From Mycobacterium leprae TN (GTDB lineage Bacteria > Actinomycetota > Actinomycetes > Mycobacteriales > Mycobacteriaceae): a DNA stretch of 32,000 bases. The notes beneath the pieces were generated by a model. It searched no databases. It saw nothing but the letters and a program-made list of their open reading frames with translations, and had not been told where the DNA came from. Every line of letters begins with the position of its first letter. Within the stretch, counting starts at the first letter, position 1. Made by a program: the position numbers and the translations under genes. Location: positions 510,001 to 542,000 of the forward strand of contig NC_002677.1 in the NCBI RefSeq assembly GCF_000195855.1, read 5' to 3'. Of the stretch, positions 19,520 through 30,826 are shown in pieces.

Positions 19520-20884
19520 ATGAATCAGCCAGAGTCGGTCGCGGGTACCATGGTGCGATCTTGGGTTGTGGCGTGGGCGATGTGGGACTGCGGTTCGACT
19601 GGTCTTACCGCCATCGTGGCAACCTTCGTCTTCTCCGTCTACCTGACCAGCAGTGTTGGTGTAGGTATGCCTGACGGTATCTCACTGGTGAGTTGGCTGG
19701 GTCGCGCGGGGGCCGTTGCCGGGTTAACCATTGCGGTGCTGGCGCCGGCCATCGGTGTATGGGTGGAGTCACCACATCGCCGTCGGGTGACGCTGGGTGT
19801 GCTGACTGTCCTCGCGGTAGCGTTGACCTGCGGGATGAGCTTTATCCGCGATCAACCTAGTTACCTTTGGGCTGGATTGATGCTGCTGGCCGGAACAGCT
19901 GCATGCGGTGACCTGGCCAGCGTTCCTTACAATGCAATGCTACGTCAGCTATCGACGCCGGCGACAGCCGGCCGGATTTCCGGCTTGGGTTGGGCGTCGG
20001 GATATGTTGGTAGCGTCGTTTTGTTGCTACTGATCTACCTGGGTTTTATTTCCGGAACCGGTGAGCTGCGCGGGCTGCTCCAGCTGCCCACCCATGACGG
20101 AATCTACGTACGCGCGGCGATGTTGCTGGCTGCGGCATGGTTGGCTTTGTTGGCTCTGCCGCTGCTGCTAACGGCACACCGACTGCCCTCGTTGGGCGAG
20201 GTGTCTCATCCGACGAGCATGCTGGGTGGCTACCGCAAGCTGTGGTCGGAGGTCTCCGCGGAATGGCGACGCGACCGCAACCTGGTCTACTTCCTGGTGG
20301 CCAGTGCACTTTTCCGGGACGGTTTGGCGGCGACTTTAGGTTTCGGCGCTGTGCTCGGTGTTAACGCCTACGGGATTTCACAAGCCAATGTGTTGATGTT
20401 CGGTGTGGTGGCAAGCTTGGTGGCTGCAGTGGGGGCGGTTCTCGGCGGGTTTGTCGACCACCGGATCGGATCCAAACGAGTCATCGTGGGATCACTGGTT
20501 GCTATCATCGTCACGGCTCTGACCTTGATGACGCTCTCCGGCCCGCTCGCCTTCTGGGTGTGCGGATTGGTGCTGTGTCTGTTCATCGGACCTTCGCAGT
20601 CGTCGTCGCGCGCTCTGTTATTGCACATGGCGAAGCACGGCAGGGAAGGCGTGGCGTTCGGCCTTTACACGATGACGGGACGGGCGGCGTCGTTCGTGGC
20701 ACCGTGGTCTTTCTCTATATTTGTCGACGGCTTCGGCGTCGTCCGGGCCGGTCTGGGAGGTATCTCAGTAGTGCTGCTGGCAGGGCTGCTGGGAATGCTG
20801 ATGGTTCGCGTTCCAACGCGGCGCGAAGCGGCCGCGGTCGGGTTGTCTTGGTGGCGATCGCAAGCACGGCGGGGCCAGGTGTAG
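19520..20884 (+). CDS. MFS transporter, UMF1 (Atg22-like) family membrane protein (Rv2508c-like)
   Basis: ATG at 19520 'MNQPESVAGTMVRSWVVAWAMWDCGSTGLTAIVATFVFSVYL'. About 12 hydrophobic segments over 454 aa. Confidence 0.9.
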   Translation: MNQPESVAGTMVRSWVVAWAMWDCGSTGLTAIVATFVFSVYLTSSVGVGMPDGISLVSWLGRAGAVAGLTIAVLAPAIGVWVESPHRRRVTLGVLTVLAVALTCGMSFIRDQPSYLWAGLMLLAGTAACGDLASVPYNAMLRQLSTPATAGRISGLGWASGYVGSVVLLLLIYLGFISGTGELRGLLQLPTHDGIYVRAAMLLAAAWLALLALPLLLTAHRLPSLGEVSHPTSMLGGYRKLWSEVSAEWRRDRNLVYFLVASALFRDGLAATLGFGAVLGVNAYGISQANVLMFGVVASLVAAVGAVLGGFVDHRIGSKRVIVGSLVAIIVTALTLMTLSGPLAFWVCGLVLCLFIGPSQSSSRALLLHMAKHGREGVAFGLYTMTGRAASFVAPWSFSIFVDGFGVVRAGLGGISVVLLAGLLGMLMVRVPTRREAAAVGLSWWRSQARRGQV

Positions 20885-20915
20885 TGGGTCGCTAGCTCGT
20901 CAAACCTAGGGCGTC

Positions 20916-21701
20916 TTAGCGGGGAGCATCGCAGATCGTCAGGCCTACCCCGGTGTGCTGGCGTATTTGAACTCCGGCCACCGTGACCGAGCATGTGACA
21001 TCGTGGCCGATGTTGACGATCGTGACGCTTGCCGGATGAACGGCTGACTTTGACAGACTGACCTGCTTACTCCATGGCAACACCACGTTGAACTCGGTTT
21101 GTATGACGTCGCCGGTATCCATGTACGTGACGCTAATGGCCCGGCCTTGGCCAGTGATGCTATAGACAACGTCCAGCATCGCGGACGGTCCGATAGTCTG
21201 GGTGAGCGTGCCAGAGCCGGTAGTAGATGGCGCCGGCCCGGCGGTGGGTGTGGGGGACGTCTTGGTAGTTGGTGTTGGGGTGGCCGAACTTGACTCGGTT
21301 ATGGCGGGCAACGGTGGTACGGCCGTCTGTGTTTTGATCGCGCCGTTTGCGATTATTAGCGCCATGACTAGTCCGACTACCAGCACAACGGATGCGCCCG
21401 CTACGACCCACAAAAACCAGTGTGGTGATTTCGGCTCGTGCGGTGGTGGGAGAGTCAGTCCCTCTGGGGGTATGTCGGTCGGTGGGGGTTGGTCTTGTTG
21501 CCAGTATCGCGGCAACTGTTGGGGCGGTTTTTTTGGCGTCCAGGGTGGAAGCGAAGCGCCGTACGCGGGCGCGTAGGGCGCTTGTTCGGCATAGGCCGGG
21601 TCGGTGAGTGGCGGATATTGATGGACTTGCGGCTCGATCGGCCCAGACCCGGCTAGACTGGGGCCTAGCCACTCAGATCGCCGTGGATTATTCATGTCCA
21701 C
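20916..21701 (-). CDS. Proline-rich single-pass membrane protein with MmpS-like C-terminal domain (Rv2507-like)
   Basis: 261 aa. N-terminal P-rich 'PLTDPAYAEQAPYAPAYGASLPPW', TM 'WFLWVVAGASVVLVVGLVMALIIANGA', Thr/Pro linker, C-domain 'DVVYSITGQGRAISVTYMDTGDVIQTEFNVVLPWSKQVSL...VNIGHDVTCSVTVAGV'. Confidence 0.88.
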   Translation of the reverse strand: MDMNNPRRSEWLGPSLAGSGPIEPQVHQYPPLTDPAYAEQAPYAPAYGASLPPWTPKKPPQQLPRYWQQDQPPPTDIPPEGLTLPPPHEPKSPHWFLWVVAGASVVLVVGLVMALIIANGAIKTQTAVPPLPAITESSSATPTPTTKTSPTPTAGPAPSTTGSGTLTQTIGPSAMLDVVYSITGQGRAISVTYMDTGDVIQTEFNVVLPWSKQVSLSKSAVHPASVTIVNIGHDVTCSVTVAGVQIRQHTGVGLTICDAPR

Positions 21702-22268
21702 CTCATGGGATGCAGAGTACCCGGGTCTGGTTTTCGAGGTATGGAAGCTATTACTGACGTTGTCGCCGATATCGAGGTTGTACCCGAACCTGGTTCAGTC
21801 GGTTTACGCGTTGGCACTGATCTACGGTTGTTAGCGTGGCGACGGTCATTGCCCGCATGATGGCGCATAACTGTTCCGCGTTGGCTGGCTTGATGACGCC
21901 GAATTATCCAGGGACTTCATGCTGTGCTGCGTTGTGTTCAACAGGCCGAGTACCGTGTGTGCCGCCACCCGGGCGTTGGCTTTGGCGCGCTTGGGGTTCA
22001 GCTGGCATAGTACACTCATCTACACCTCACAGGTATTTTGTTGTGCTTTACGAACCTGCCGTTCGACGGTAGTGGGCAGTTAGGCACGATCTCGGTCTTG
22101 ACTATGGATCAGTGAATCTGGATCAGGTTGGGTTCACTCGGTGCAAAGTCGAGGTGAAAATCGGTGAGGCCGTTCAGCGCCACGTTCTCATCTCCGCTGC
22201 GGGCCGTCACGTTACGAGCGCCGGCGAGCAGTCGGGCGTTGATCCCCGTCTAGCAGCGATTTCTTGTT

Positions 22269-22306
22269 GGGTCAGTGGCCCGGCCAGATAGCCGGGCCAC
22301 TGACCC
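22269..22306. terminator. Perfect inverted repeat (16-bp arms, 6-nt loop); terminator-like hairpin
   Basis: GGGTCAGTGGCCCGGC (22269-22284) - CAGATA - GCCGGGCCACTGACCC (22291-22306). Function inferred. Confidence 0.6.
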
Positions 22307-22558
22307 CGCCGCCGATGTCTTCTAGCTGCAACCGCGAGGAAAGCATGTTCAGCGAAGAACTATGCGGCGGCGAACAAGAGTTGTAGGAGTCAGTAGGACT
22401 TCAGCTGTCTGCGACGATTTGGTGTTTCGGGAGTTCCGGGCTGATCGTCGGGTGTCGACCCTGTCCTGACAGCTTCTAGTAGCAACTTGCACTGTACACT
22501 TCGGCTAGCCGTGACTAAAACTGTAACATGAGCTATTGGCTATTATTTAAGGGATATT

Positions 22559-23921
22559 GTGGCAGTAGTCATGGACTGTGATTCGCCGTCCCAGGCCCCA
22601 CTTAAACTGTATTTATGACCGAGGTCCGAGCAAGTTTTCGGCTGCTAGAGAAGAAGATCGGCGCAGACTTAGCAGATATGGCTGCCAATACACGTACCGG
22701 GATGCGCTGGGTGGGGGCGACGGCGGTGTTATGAAGAACTGCTGGCCGCTGTATGCCAACTGGCAACGGGGCTTGTGCGGGGCGGGGATCCGGGTGGGTG
22801 ATCGGTCGGCATCTTGGCGTCTAACCGGTGGGAGTGGGTGCTTGTCCACTACGCGACCGGCGAGATTAGCGCGATCCTGGTTAACCTAAACCTTGTCTAT
22901 CGGATACGTGAATTGGATTACGTGCTAACGCAATCCGAGTTGGCGATGGTGATCGTCGCCTCCAATCGCAGGACTTCGGACTACACTACGACGCTGACCG
23001 AGGTGGCGCCGTATTGCCTTGGCTTATCCTACGTCGTGTTCACGGACATTGATCGCTGGGATGAACTGGCTGGTGCGGAGGCCGACCCTAACTGTGTTTA
23101 CGTAGATCGCGGCGAAGCTGCGAAACAGCTTCCAATCAACATCCAATGCGCTTCTGGCACTAAACCAGATATCCGAAAGTTGTCATGTTGAGTCACCGCA
23201 ACATTTTCAATAATAGCTATCTGGTGGGCAAGTTTCTTGAGTCCACCGCGCTCGATCGGATCTGTATCCTAGTGCCCTTCTAGTATTGCTTCGGCATGGT
23301 TATGGCCATCTAGCCATGGCGCCTGCATGGTGATCCCGGCACTCCGGCTTTGACCGGGCCCAACTCTGCAGGCGGTGCAGGTCGAGCGGTGTGCTATAGT
23401 CTATTATGGAGTACCGAAGATATTAATCACCGATGTGGGCCTGCCGGCGTTCACTCACCTACGAGTTGGACAGCCTAAGCGCCGGGATTATGGTAAGATC
23501 GCCATCTCTGGTCAAGCTGATGCACACCGGAGATGTGGCTACCGTGGACGCATGAGGGTACGTCGAAAGCATCAGCCGGATCAAGGATATCGTCGTTCGT
23601 GGTTGTGAGAACATCTCGCCGCGTGAGATCGAGGAGTTCCTCTATACGGATCCTGTTATCCTCGGCTGCCAGGGTCATAGGGGTGCTTGACTAAAAGTTA
23701 CGGCAGGCAGCTAATAGGATAATGGGCATCAAGCTACGCTCAAGAGTCCCGGGGGTTTGGCCATCGAGGCGTTGTGCCAGTTTGCAGGGGACAGAATTGC
23801 TAGGTTCAAGATCCTGTGCTATCTGTGGATCGTTGATGAGTTCCCGATAGCTATTGCCGGCCAGGCCCGCAAGGCAGAGATTTGCCAACAGGCAATTGAG
23901 GATCTGCGTGGTCTAGGTTGA
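22559..23921 (+). pseudogene. fadD35: Relic of acyl-CoA synthetase FadD35 (Rv2505c-like)
   Basis: 'LLEKKIGADLADMAANTRTG', 'ILASNRWEWVLVHYATGEISAILVNLNLVYRIRELDYVLTQSELAMVIVASNRRTSDYTTTLTEVAP', 'LPINIQCASGT', 'VERCAIVYYGVPKI', 'HGACMVIPA', 'VDEFPIAIAGQARKAEICQQAIEDLRGLG*'. Confidence 0.88.
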
Positions 23922-24032
23922 CTGCCACATTGCTGGACGCATCGCGTAGGTTATGGTACGTCCGGCCCAGTTAATTGAGCATTAACTGAAACTTTGCATG
24001 GACCGTCCCGATGGCTAGGAGGCTCTGCGGTA

Positions 24033-24713
24033 ATGGACAAAGTGGTGGCTATCGCTGCGTAGGCGGTCACGGACATAACCGACGGGTTGTCGCTGGCGGT
24101 GGGGATTCGGGCTTTGCGTTATCCCTGAAGTGCTCATTGCCGCAGTGGTCGACAGTGGTTTCCGTGCCTTGGAAACGGTGTCGAACGACTGCGGTGTCGA
24201 CGACGTCGTTTTAAGTTTTCTTTTGCAGCACAAGCGAATCAACTGGAACACCTCGTCGTATGTGGGGAAAAACGGGAATTCGCCGGCCAGTTCCTGTGTG
24301 GGATGCGGAAGCCGGCTTTCTATACGTAGGCCGGTGTTGGCACTGCAATCGCCGATGGCGGGCTTCCATGCCACTAAGACGCATCGGCGGGCGTAGTGGT
24401 GTTGCTGGTGAAGGAAACTCGTGAGTTCGGCGGTGCCACTTATATTCTCGAGCGGGCAATCCACACTGACTTTGTACTGGTACGCTCATGGAAGGACTAC
24501 CGACACGGCAATTTGGTGTACTGCGAGTCCGCCGCCAACTTCAACCCGGAATGTGCCAGTGCGCTGTGGATCACCATTGCTGGGGTCGAACACCTCGTCG
24601 AGACTAGCGAGATCGACCCTGCTGCGTTGCGCACGCCAGGGATCTACGTGTATCGGGACGTGCATGTGCCCAATCTCGTCAAGTGGATTGAGAAGGAGAC
24701 GGTGCGGAAATGA
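24033..24713 (+). pseudogene. scoA: Relic of 3-oxoacid CoA-transferase alpha subunit ScoA (Rv2504c-like)
   Basis: 'MDKVVAIAA*AVTDITDGLSLAVG..', 'CVIPEVLIAAVVDSGFRALETVSNDCGVDDVV', 'LLLQHKRI', 'KETREFGGATYILERAIHTDFVLVRSWKDYRHGNLVY', 'ANFNPECASA', 'HVPNLVKWIEKETVRK*'. Confidence 0.92.
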
Positions 24714-25416
24714 GTGCGCCGACAACGATGCAGAGCTAACCTATGAGGGGGAGCGGCTCCATATGAGCTGGACCAGAGACGAGATGCCTGCTTGGGTGTC
24801 CGCGGAGTTCGAAGACGGCTAATAGATCAACCCCGACATCGGGATGCCCATGCTGATTCCGAATCACCTTCCCGACGGTGTGCACGTCGTCTTGCATGCG
24901 TAGAACGGGCTCCTGGGTGGGTGTCGGCTCATACTCTCGGCGCGAGGATGTCGACGCTGATTTGATCAACGCGGGCAAAGCGACGGTTACACCTTGCCGG
25001 GGACCTCGTTCTTCTCTTCTTCGTCTTAATTCGGGATCATTCGCGGTGGACACATCGACGTCTCAGTGCTTGCGGCTGTGCAAGTCTTGGCCATCGGTGA
25101 CCTCGTCAACTGGATGATTTCGGGTAAGATGGTCAAGGGCATGGGCGGCACGATGGACCTGGTGCACGTTGCCCGCACAGTGTATTGTGATGATTGGAGT
25201 AAGCCGCCAAGAACGACACTCCCAAGATCGTCACGCTATGCCCCTTGCCCCCTGACTGGGGCGCGCTGCGTGAACCGCACCATCACCGACCTCGTGGTCA
25301 TAGACGTTTGTGGCGACGGTTTGCACCTGATTGAGACCGCAACCCAATGTACTGGTCGACGAGGTTGTCACGAAGAATCAACCGCCCCTGGGGCTTTCGG
25401 ATTGGTTGACCCGGTG
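24710..25416 (+). pseudogene. scoB: Relic of 3-oxoacid CoA-transferase beta subunit ScoB (Rv2503c-like)
   Basis: ATGA overlap with scoA. 'WTRDEMPAWVSAEFEDG', '[26 protein letters not shown]', '[27 protein letters not shown]', 'VIDVCGDGLHLIE', 'DEVVTKNQPPL'. Confidence 0.92.
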
Positions 25417-27003
25417 ACAACCGACGCTGCGTCGTCGTTCACCGACGAGCACCGCTGACTGGTGGCGGAGTTGAATGACAAGCTTGCCGCTGCGGCCTTG
25501 GTAGGCAACGAACATGCGTGGGAACATCACATCAGACGTGGCAAGCTGTTGCCCTGCGAACGGGTGCACTGGCTGTTGGATATGGGTAGCCCGTTGCTGG
25601 AATTGGCTTCGCTGGCCACAGGCGGCATGTAATGGAGACGAGTACCCAGATGCGGCGATTATCATATCGGTAACGGCTGGGTGTTCGGGTGCCAGTGCGT
25701 GGTCGTCGCCCAACGACATGACGGTCAAGGTCGGCACCTAATTATCCTATGATGGTCAATAAGCACCTGCGTGCACAGGAAGTCGCGCTGCAGAGTCGGC
25801 TGTCGTGCAGCTATTTGGTGGACTCCGGCGGCGCTATTCTGCCACGCCAAGACGAGGTGTTCCCGTACTATGCACACTTCGGCCGGAATCTTGTACAACC
25901 AAGCGCCGATGAGCGCTTCCAAGGCATTCCGCAGGTGGCTGCGGTGCTCTATTCGTGCACAGCGGCCGGTGCCTACGTGCCGGCGATGAGTGACGAGGTG
26001 GTCATCGTTCGTCAGCAGGATACGATTTTTCTCGGTAGTCAGCCATTGGTCAAAGCCGATACCGGCTAGGTCGTCTCCGACGAGCTGCTCGTCGGAGACG
26101 ACCTGTATTCGGCCAGTGTTCGGTGTAACTGACCACTCTGCCGACGGCGATGAGGAAGCGCTGCGGATTGTGCATGCCATCCCGGCCACCTTCGTCCCGT
26201 GCTACCTTCCTCAATGGGAGGTAAGCTGTTCCTGACGACCCTAAGCATGAACCGACAGAACTGTATGAAGTCGTCCCTTCGATCCACGGGTGCCTTACGA
26301 TGTGCGCGAGGGGTGATCGTGCTCCTGGTCGGCCGCTTCGAATTCAGGGAATTCGAAGCCTAATAAGGTAAGACGTTGTGACTGCCTTCCCGCGTATCCA
26401 CGGCCACCCGGTCGGAATCATCGCCAACAACGGGGTGCTGTTCAGCGAATTTGTCCTCGAGGGAGCGCGCTTAATCGAGTTGTGCGACAAAAGCAAGATC
26501 CCGCTACTGCTTTTGCAAAACATCCCAGGTTTCATGATCGGCTGGGACTGTAAGGCTGGTGTCATCGCCAAGCGTGGTGTCAAAATGGTGACTGCTGTGG
26601 TCTGTACTTGGGTTCCCAAGACGACCGTCGTTATCGTGGTGGATCCTATGGTGTAGGCAGCTACTCGATGTGCGGACGGGTGTACTCGCCGCATTTTTGT
26701 GGATGTGGCCGAATGCTCGGATCTCGGTGATGGGTGGCGAGCATACCGTGTTTGTGCTGGGGACTGGGCGCGGCGAGCAACTTGCGTCGGCCGGTGCACC
26801 CTGGCCAACCTACGAGGGAAAAGTCGTTAAGGCTCCTGTTCGTGCGCAGTACGAGGACTAGGGCAACCCATGTTACTTAACCCGCCCGCCTGTAGTATAA
26901 TGGCATCATTGACACGGCTTACACCAGAACATTTGAGGTATTGGTCTTTGGTGTTTTCCACGTGCCGATGGAACTGTTCTGCTGTAGCGTATTACGGGTG
27001 TGA
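25413..27003 (+). pseudogene. accD1: Relic of acyl-CoA carboxylase carboxyltransferase beta subunit AccD1 (Rv2502c-like)
   Basis: 'SSFTDEHR', '[25 protein letters not shown]', '[37 protein letters not shown]', '[47 protein letters not shown]', '[52 protein letters not shown]', '[20 protein letters not shown]'. Confidence 0.95.
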
Positions 27004-27008
27004 TGCCG

Positions 27009-28583
27009 ATGTTTGGCACCGTATTAGTGGCCAGCTGTGGCGAGATTGCCGTCCGAATGATCTGCGATGTGTCGGTTGGATATTCGGTCGATTGCTGTAT
27101 CCGTAGATGATACCGATGTCCGAGCTCGACACATGCTCGAGGTTGACGCCGCGGTGCGTTTAGGACCTCCTGCAGCGCAGGAAAGCTACCTCGACGTCGA
27201 TCGGGTGATTGAGGCCGCGGTGCGCTCCGGATCCCGGGAGGTCCACTCTGGCTAGGGATTCCTTTTGGAGAAGGACGCTTTCGTCGTCATTTGCTAATGA
27301 TCCGGGGTGATTTTCGTTGTACTAGCGGAGCGCTCCATCGAGGTGATGGGGGACAAGATCGTCGCCAAGAACGCGGTCGCCGCTTCCGAGGCGTCGGTGG
27401 TACCCGGGGTGGCTTGGCCCGGGCACGCGGACAACGAACTGGCCGGCACCGCCGATAGAGTTTGCTACCCGGTGTTTCTTAAGCCATCCGCGGGCGGCGG
27501 GGGCAAGGGCATGCTGCTGGTGGCGAATCCGTCGCTGATACCCGAAGCGTTGTTGAGCGCTCGGTGGGAACAGCGTCTTCGTTTGGCGACGAACACACTG
27601 TTCCTGGAAAGATTCATGTTACAGACCAGGCACATCTAGGTTCAGGTGTTGGCCGCCATCCACGCCAGCTTGGTGCATCTCGATTAACGTAGGTGCAGCC
27701 TGCAACGACGCTACCAAAAAGTCTTAGAGGCGGCTCCGTTTCGGCTGCTGTGGACCCACGCCACCCGCGAGCGCAGATCGGTGTGGTGGCCTGTGATATC
27801 CACTGGCAGTGTCGACTATGTTGGCGCTGGCACGGTGGAGTTCATCGTTTCGGCCGGTCGCGTGCAAGAGTTCTTCTTCATGGAGATGCATATCCTCCTA
27901 CAGGTAGAACATCCTGTTAATGAGGCGGTTACCGGGCTGGAATTCGTAGATTGGAAACTCCTTTTGGCGGCCGATGAGAAGTTGCTGTTCGCGTAGGACG
28001 ACGTTACGTTGAACAGCTACGCTATCGAAGCACGCGTGTACGCTGAGAATCTCGGACGGGGATTTCTTCCGACCGATTGGGTGCTGGATGTGCTTGAACC
28101 TTCAGGCACTGTTGTGCAGGCTTGCTGAGGCCACCGCGGTACAGGTCGGCGATGGAGAAATTATTTCCTCGGTTATGCAATTCGTTCGAGTGCAGCTTCA
28201 CGTGACACCGGGCGGGCTGTATCTGGAGTATCGTTGACCGGGAGCCGACCTGTATTTGTAGATTGTCGGCGAGTAGAGAACGTGGTATCTGCTCTGCGCG
28301 AGGCGGAGGAGAACAAGGTTAACCTTGCGATAGGTACGAGGCAGGACAAGGTTATCAGCCCTATACCCGCGCAACGCGATCACTGTGCAGGCCACCTCTG
28401 GAGCCGAGTTTTCTGAAGGAATGAAGTGGTGGTGTAATGCGAATGAAGATGGAGAACTGCCTTTTCGGGCCTATTTCGTGTCACATTGAGGTGTTGGTAT
28501 CCGTCGGCTAGCAGATGACTGTCGAGCCGGTGCTGGCGAGGTTAATCCCGATCTCTGAAGAGCCCACAGAGAGCAAGGATTAG
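27009..28583 (+). pseudogene. accA1: Relic of acyl-CoA carboxylase biotin-carboxylase/BCCP alpha subunit AccA1 (Rv2501c-like)
   Basis: 'MFGTVLVASCGEIAVRMI'-like start, 'VDDTDVRARHMLEVDAAVRLGP', 'ERSIEVMGDKIVAKNAVAASEASVVPGVAW', 'YPVFLKPSAGGGGKGMLLV', 'VDYVGAGTVEFIVSAGRVQEFFFMEMHILLQVEHPVNEAVTGLEFVDWKLL', BCCP tail 'MKMENCLFGPISCHIEVLVSVG*QMTVEPVLARL'. Confidence 0.93.
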
Positions 28584-28589
28584 AGGATC

Positions 28590-29718
28590 ATGTTGACACC
28601 ATCACGGCAGGGGCATGGCCAAAGTAATACCAGCATCATCGCGACACAGTGACCTATTTTGTGCGAACTGTGGTAGCTTCGGTGTCAACTAAACACAAGG
28701 AGGAGCAACGCTTTCCGTACGATGATGTCGCCAAGATGGATGAGATGGGACTGATCGGGTTGTCGTTTCCCGAGGGGTATGGCCGCCTGGGTGGCGGTTA
28801 TTTCGCACTGGCGGTGACGCTCGAGGAGCTCGGCAAAGTTGATTAGTCGGTGGCGATAACGCTGTAAGCGAGGACAAATCTGGTGGCCGTATCGATCTAC
28901 CGGTTCGGTATAGAAGAGCAAAAAAGTACTTGGCTGCCCGATTTGGGAGTTGGCCAGCGTCAGGCTCACCGAACCAGGGTCCGGCTCGGACGCTGGTGGC
29001 ACCCGCACCACATCCCGTCTCGAAAATGGTGAGTGGGTGATCAACGGCGCCAAGCAGTTCATCACCAACTTTGGCACCGACATCACCTTGCTGGTTCCGG
29101 TCACCGCGGTCACCGGAACCCGCGTGTACGGCCACAAAGAGAATTCGACGATCTTCGTGCCAAGCAGCACAAAAGGGTTCATCACGGGCCGGTCTACAAC
29201 ACGGTTGACTCTGAAACGGCCTTGTATACCCACAAATGACATTCGTCTACGTGCGGGTACCAGAGGGGAATCTGCTGGGCCCGAGCAGGAGTGGGTGTAC
29301 GAACTTCCTGTTCATCCTGGATGAGGGTCGCATAGCAATCGTTGTATTGGCTACTAGGGTGGCGCAGGGGTGCGTCGACGAGAGCATCAAATATGCCGAT
29401 AAGCTGCAGTTGTTCGGCCAGCTGGTCGGCTCTTGCCAGGCGATCAGCTTCAAGATTGCGCGGATTAGAGTCATGTGCGCACGTTGTGCGTACCGCGTAC
29501 TACGATGCTGTTGCAAAGATGTTGACAGCTAAGCCGTTCAAGAAGGAGGCGGCGATGGACAACGCCCGTGACGCAACCTCGATCTACGGCGGCTGCGGTT
29601 TAATGCATTGAGTATATGAGTAGTCCGTGATTACCTATACAGCAAGGTGCTCGAGATTGGTTAGGGCATCATTGAGGTACAGCTGATACTCATAACGTGA
29701 TCGCTGGGACTGCGATGA
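28590..29718 (+). pseudogene. fadE19: Relic of acyl-CoA dehydrogenase FadE19 (Rv2500c-like)
   Basis: 'KHKEEQRFPYDDVAKMDEMGLIGLSFPEGYGRLGGGYFALAVTLEELGKVD', 'VRLTEPGSGSDAGGTRTTSRLENGEWVINGAKQFITNFGTDITLLVPVTAVTGT', 'LDEGRIAIVVLATRVAQGCVDESIKYADKLQLFGQLVG', 'KVLEIG*GIIEVQLILIT*SLGLR*'. Confidence 0.94.
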
Positions 29719-30207
29719 CTGCTCAGGAGCAAAGGAACAAGTCAGTTGTTCAGCGGGACTTGTGGTTAGAGGAGTTAGAGATTGGTATGATTTTAATTTG
29801 TACCGACCTGGATGCACAATCACCGAAGCTGACAACGTGCTGTTTACTATGCTGACGATTAGCACCCAGTCGCCATATCTTGACACAGTGTGGGCAGCCA
29901 GTTTTTCGGGGTTAAGCAGCTAGTGCACTTGATGTTCACCCTCCTCGACGCTGGTTGTGCTTGTCGGTTGCGTAACTGACGCCGGTCATCGTCGTGGCCG
30001 AACTCGGCTTTTCCGAGTTGTCGTTCCCCAAAACTGTCTTTCATGGCGACACCCTGTATGCGGAGACGGTATGTACCAGCGAAGAGCCGGCCCAGTTCGG
30101 GTGTCGTCACCTTTGAACGCACCGCGCGCAACCAGCACGATAACGTCGTTGTGCAGGCGATGCGCATGACTCTCGCACAGAGGTGATTGGCGCAGGAGTC
30201 TAGATGA
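29715..30207 (+). pseudogene. Relic of MaoC-like dehydratase (Rv2499c-like)
   Basis: ATGA overlap with fadE19. 'VQRDLWLEELEIGM', 'VVAELGFSELSFPKTVFHGDTLYAETVC', 'TLAQR*LAQESR*'. Confidence 0.82.
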
Positions 30208-30826
30208 ACTTGCGCAGTGCCGGTCCGGGATGGCTATTCTGCCCGGCCGATCGACCTGAGGGTTTCGCCGAGGCTGCTGCTGCCGGTTTGGTTATCCTGG
30301 ACCTCGAGGATGGCGTGGCACAGGCTGAGAAAGCCGCCGCCCGCAAAGCACTGCGGGATACTCTGCTCAACCCCGAGCTCACGGTAGTGCGGATCAACGC
30401 CGACGGTGGGTATTAGCAGGCCTGCGACCTGGACGCCCTGGCCGGTACGGCTTACTCGAGAGTGATGCCTGGCTAAAGCTGAATTGGCGACACAGGTGGG
30501 GCCGCATTCGCGCCGCGCTACGTTATCGCTCTGGTCGAGACTGCGCGGGATGTTATGCTAGTCGCTGAAATCGCTGCTAATGGCGCCGTCGGGATGATAT
30601 GGGGTGCCGAGGGTTTCATCGCCACTTGAGTAGCAGCTCCAGCCAGTGGGCCGACAGCGGCTATCAGGATGTGGACCGCCATGTCAGGTTCACGGTCTTC
30701 CTTGCGGCCTCCGCATTCGACCGGATCGCGCTCGACGCCGTGCCGTTTGGACATCCACGACATTGACGGCCTGCTGGCGGAAATCAACCGACTCCGTGGC
30801 GGGTGGGTTTCGGAGTTCTTCGATGC
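30204..30826 (+). pseudogene. citE: Relic of CitE-like citrate lyase beta subunit (Rv2498c-like)
   Basis: 'MNLRSAGPGWLFCPADRPEGFAEAAAAGLVILDLEDGVAQAEKAAARKALRDTLLNPELTVVRINADGG', 'RYVIALVETARDVMLVAEIAANGAVGMIWGAEGFIAT', then frameshifts. The 3' end appears truncated. Confidence 0.93.

Noticed and set aside
21836-22072. Possible TetR regulator (Rv2506) relic on the minus strand or small plus ORF
   Set aside because: Expected from synteny, but I could not read a convincing helix-turn-helix or other TetR segment in any frame. Left as unexplained sequence.
26344-26808. 154-aa minus-strand ORF
   Set aside because: Antisense to the strongly recognisable accD1 relic.
28234-28416. 60-aa minus and plus ORFs between accA1 core and BCCP tail as a separate gene
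   Set aside because: Position lies between recognisable accA1 segments, so this is most likely decayed accA1 sequence rather than a distinct gene.
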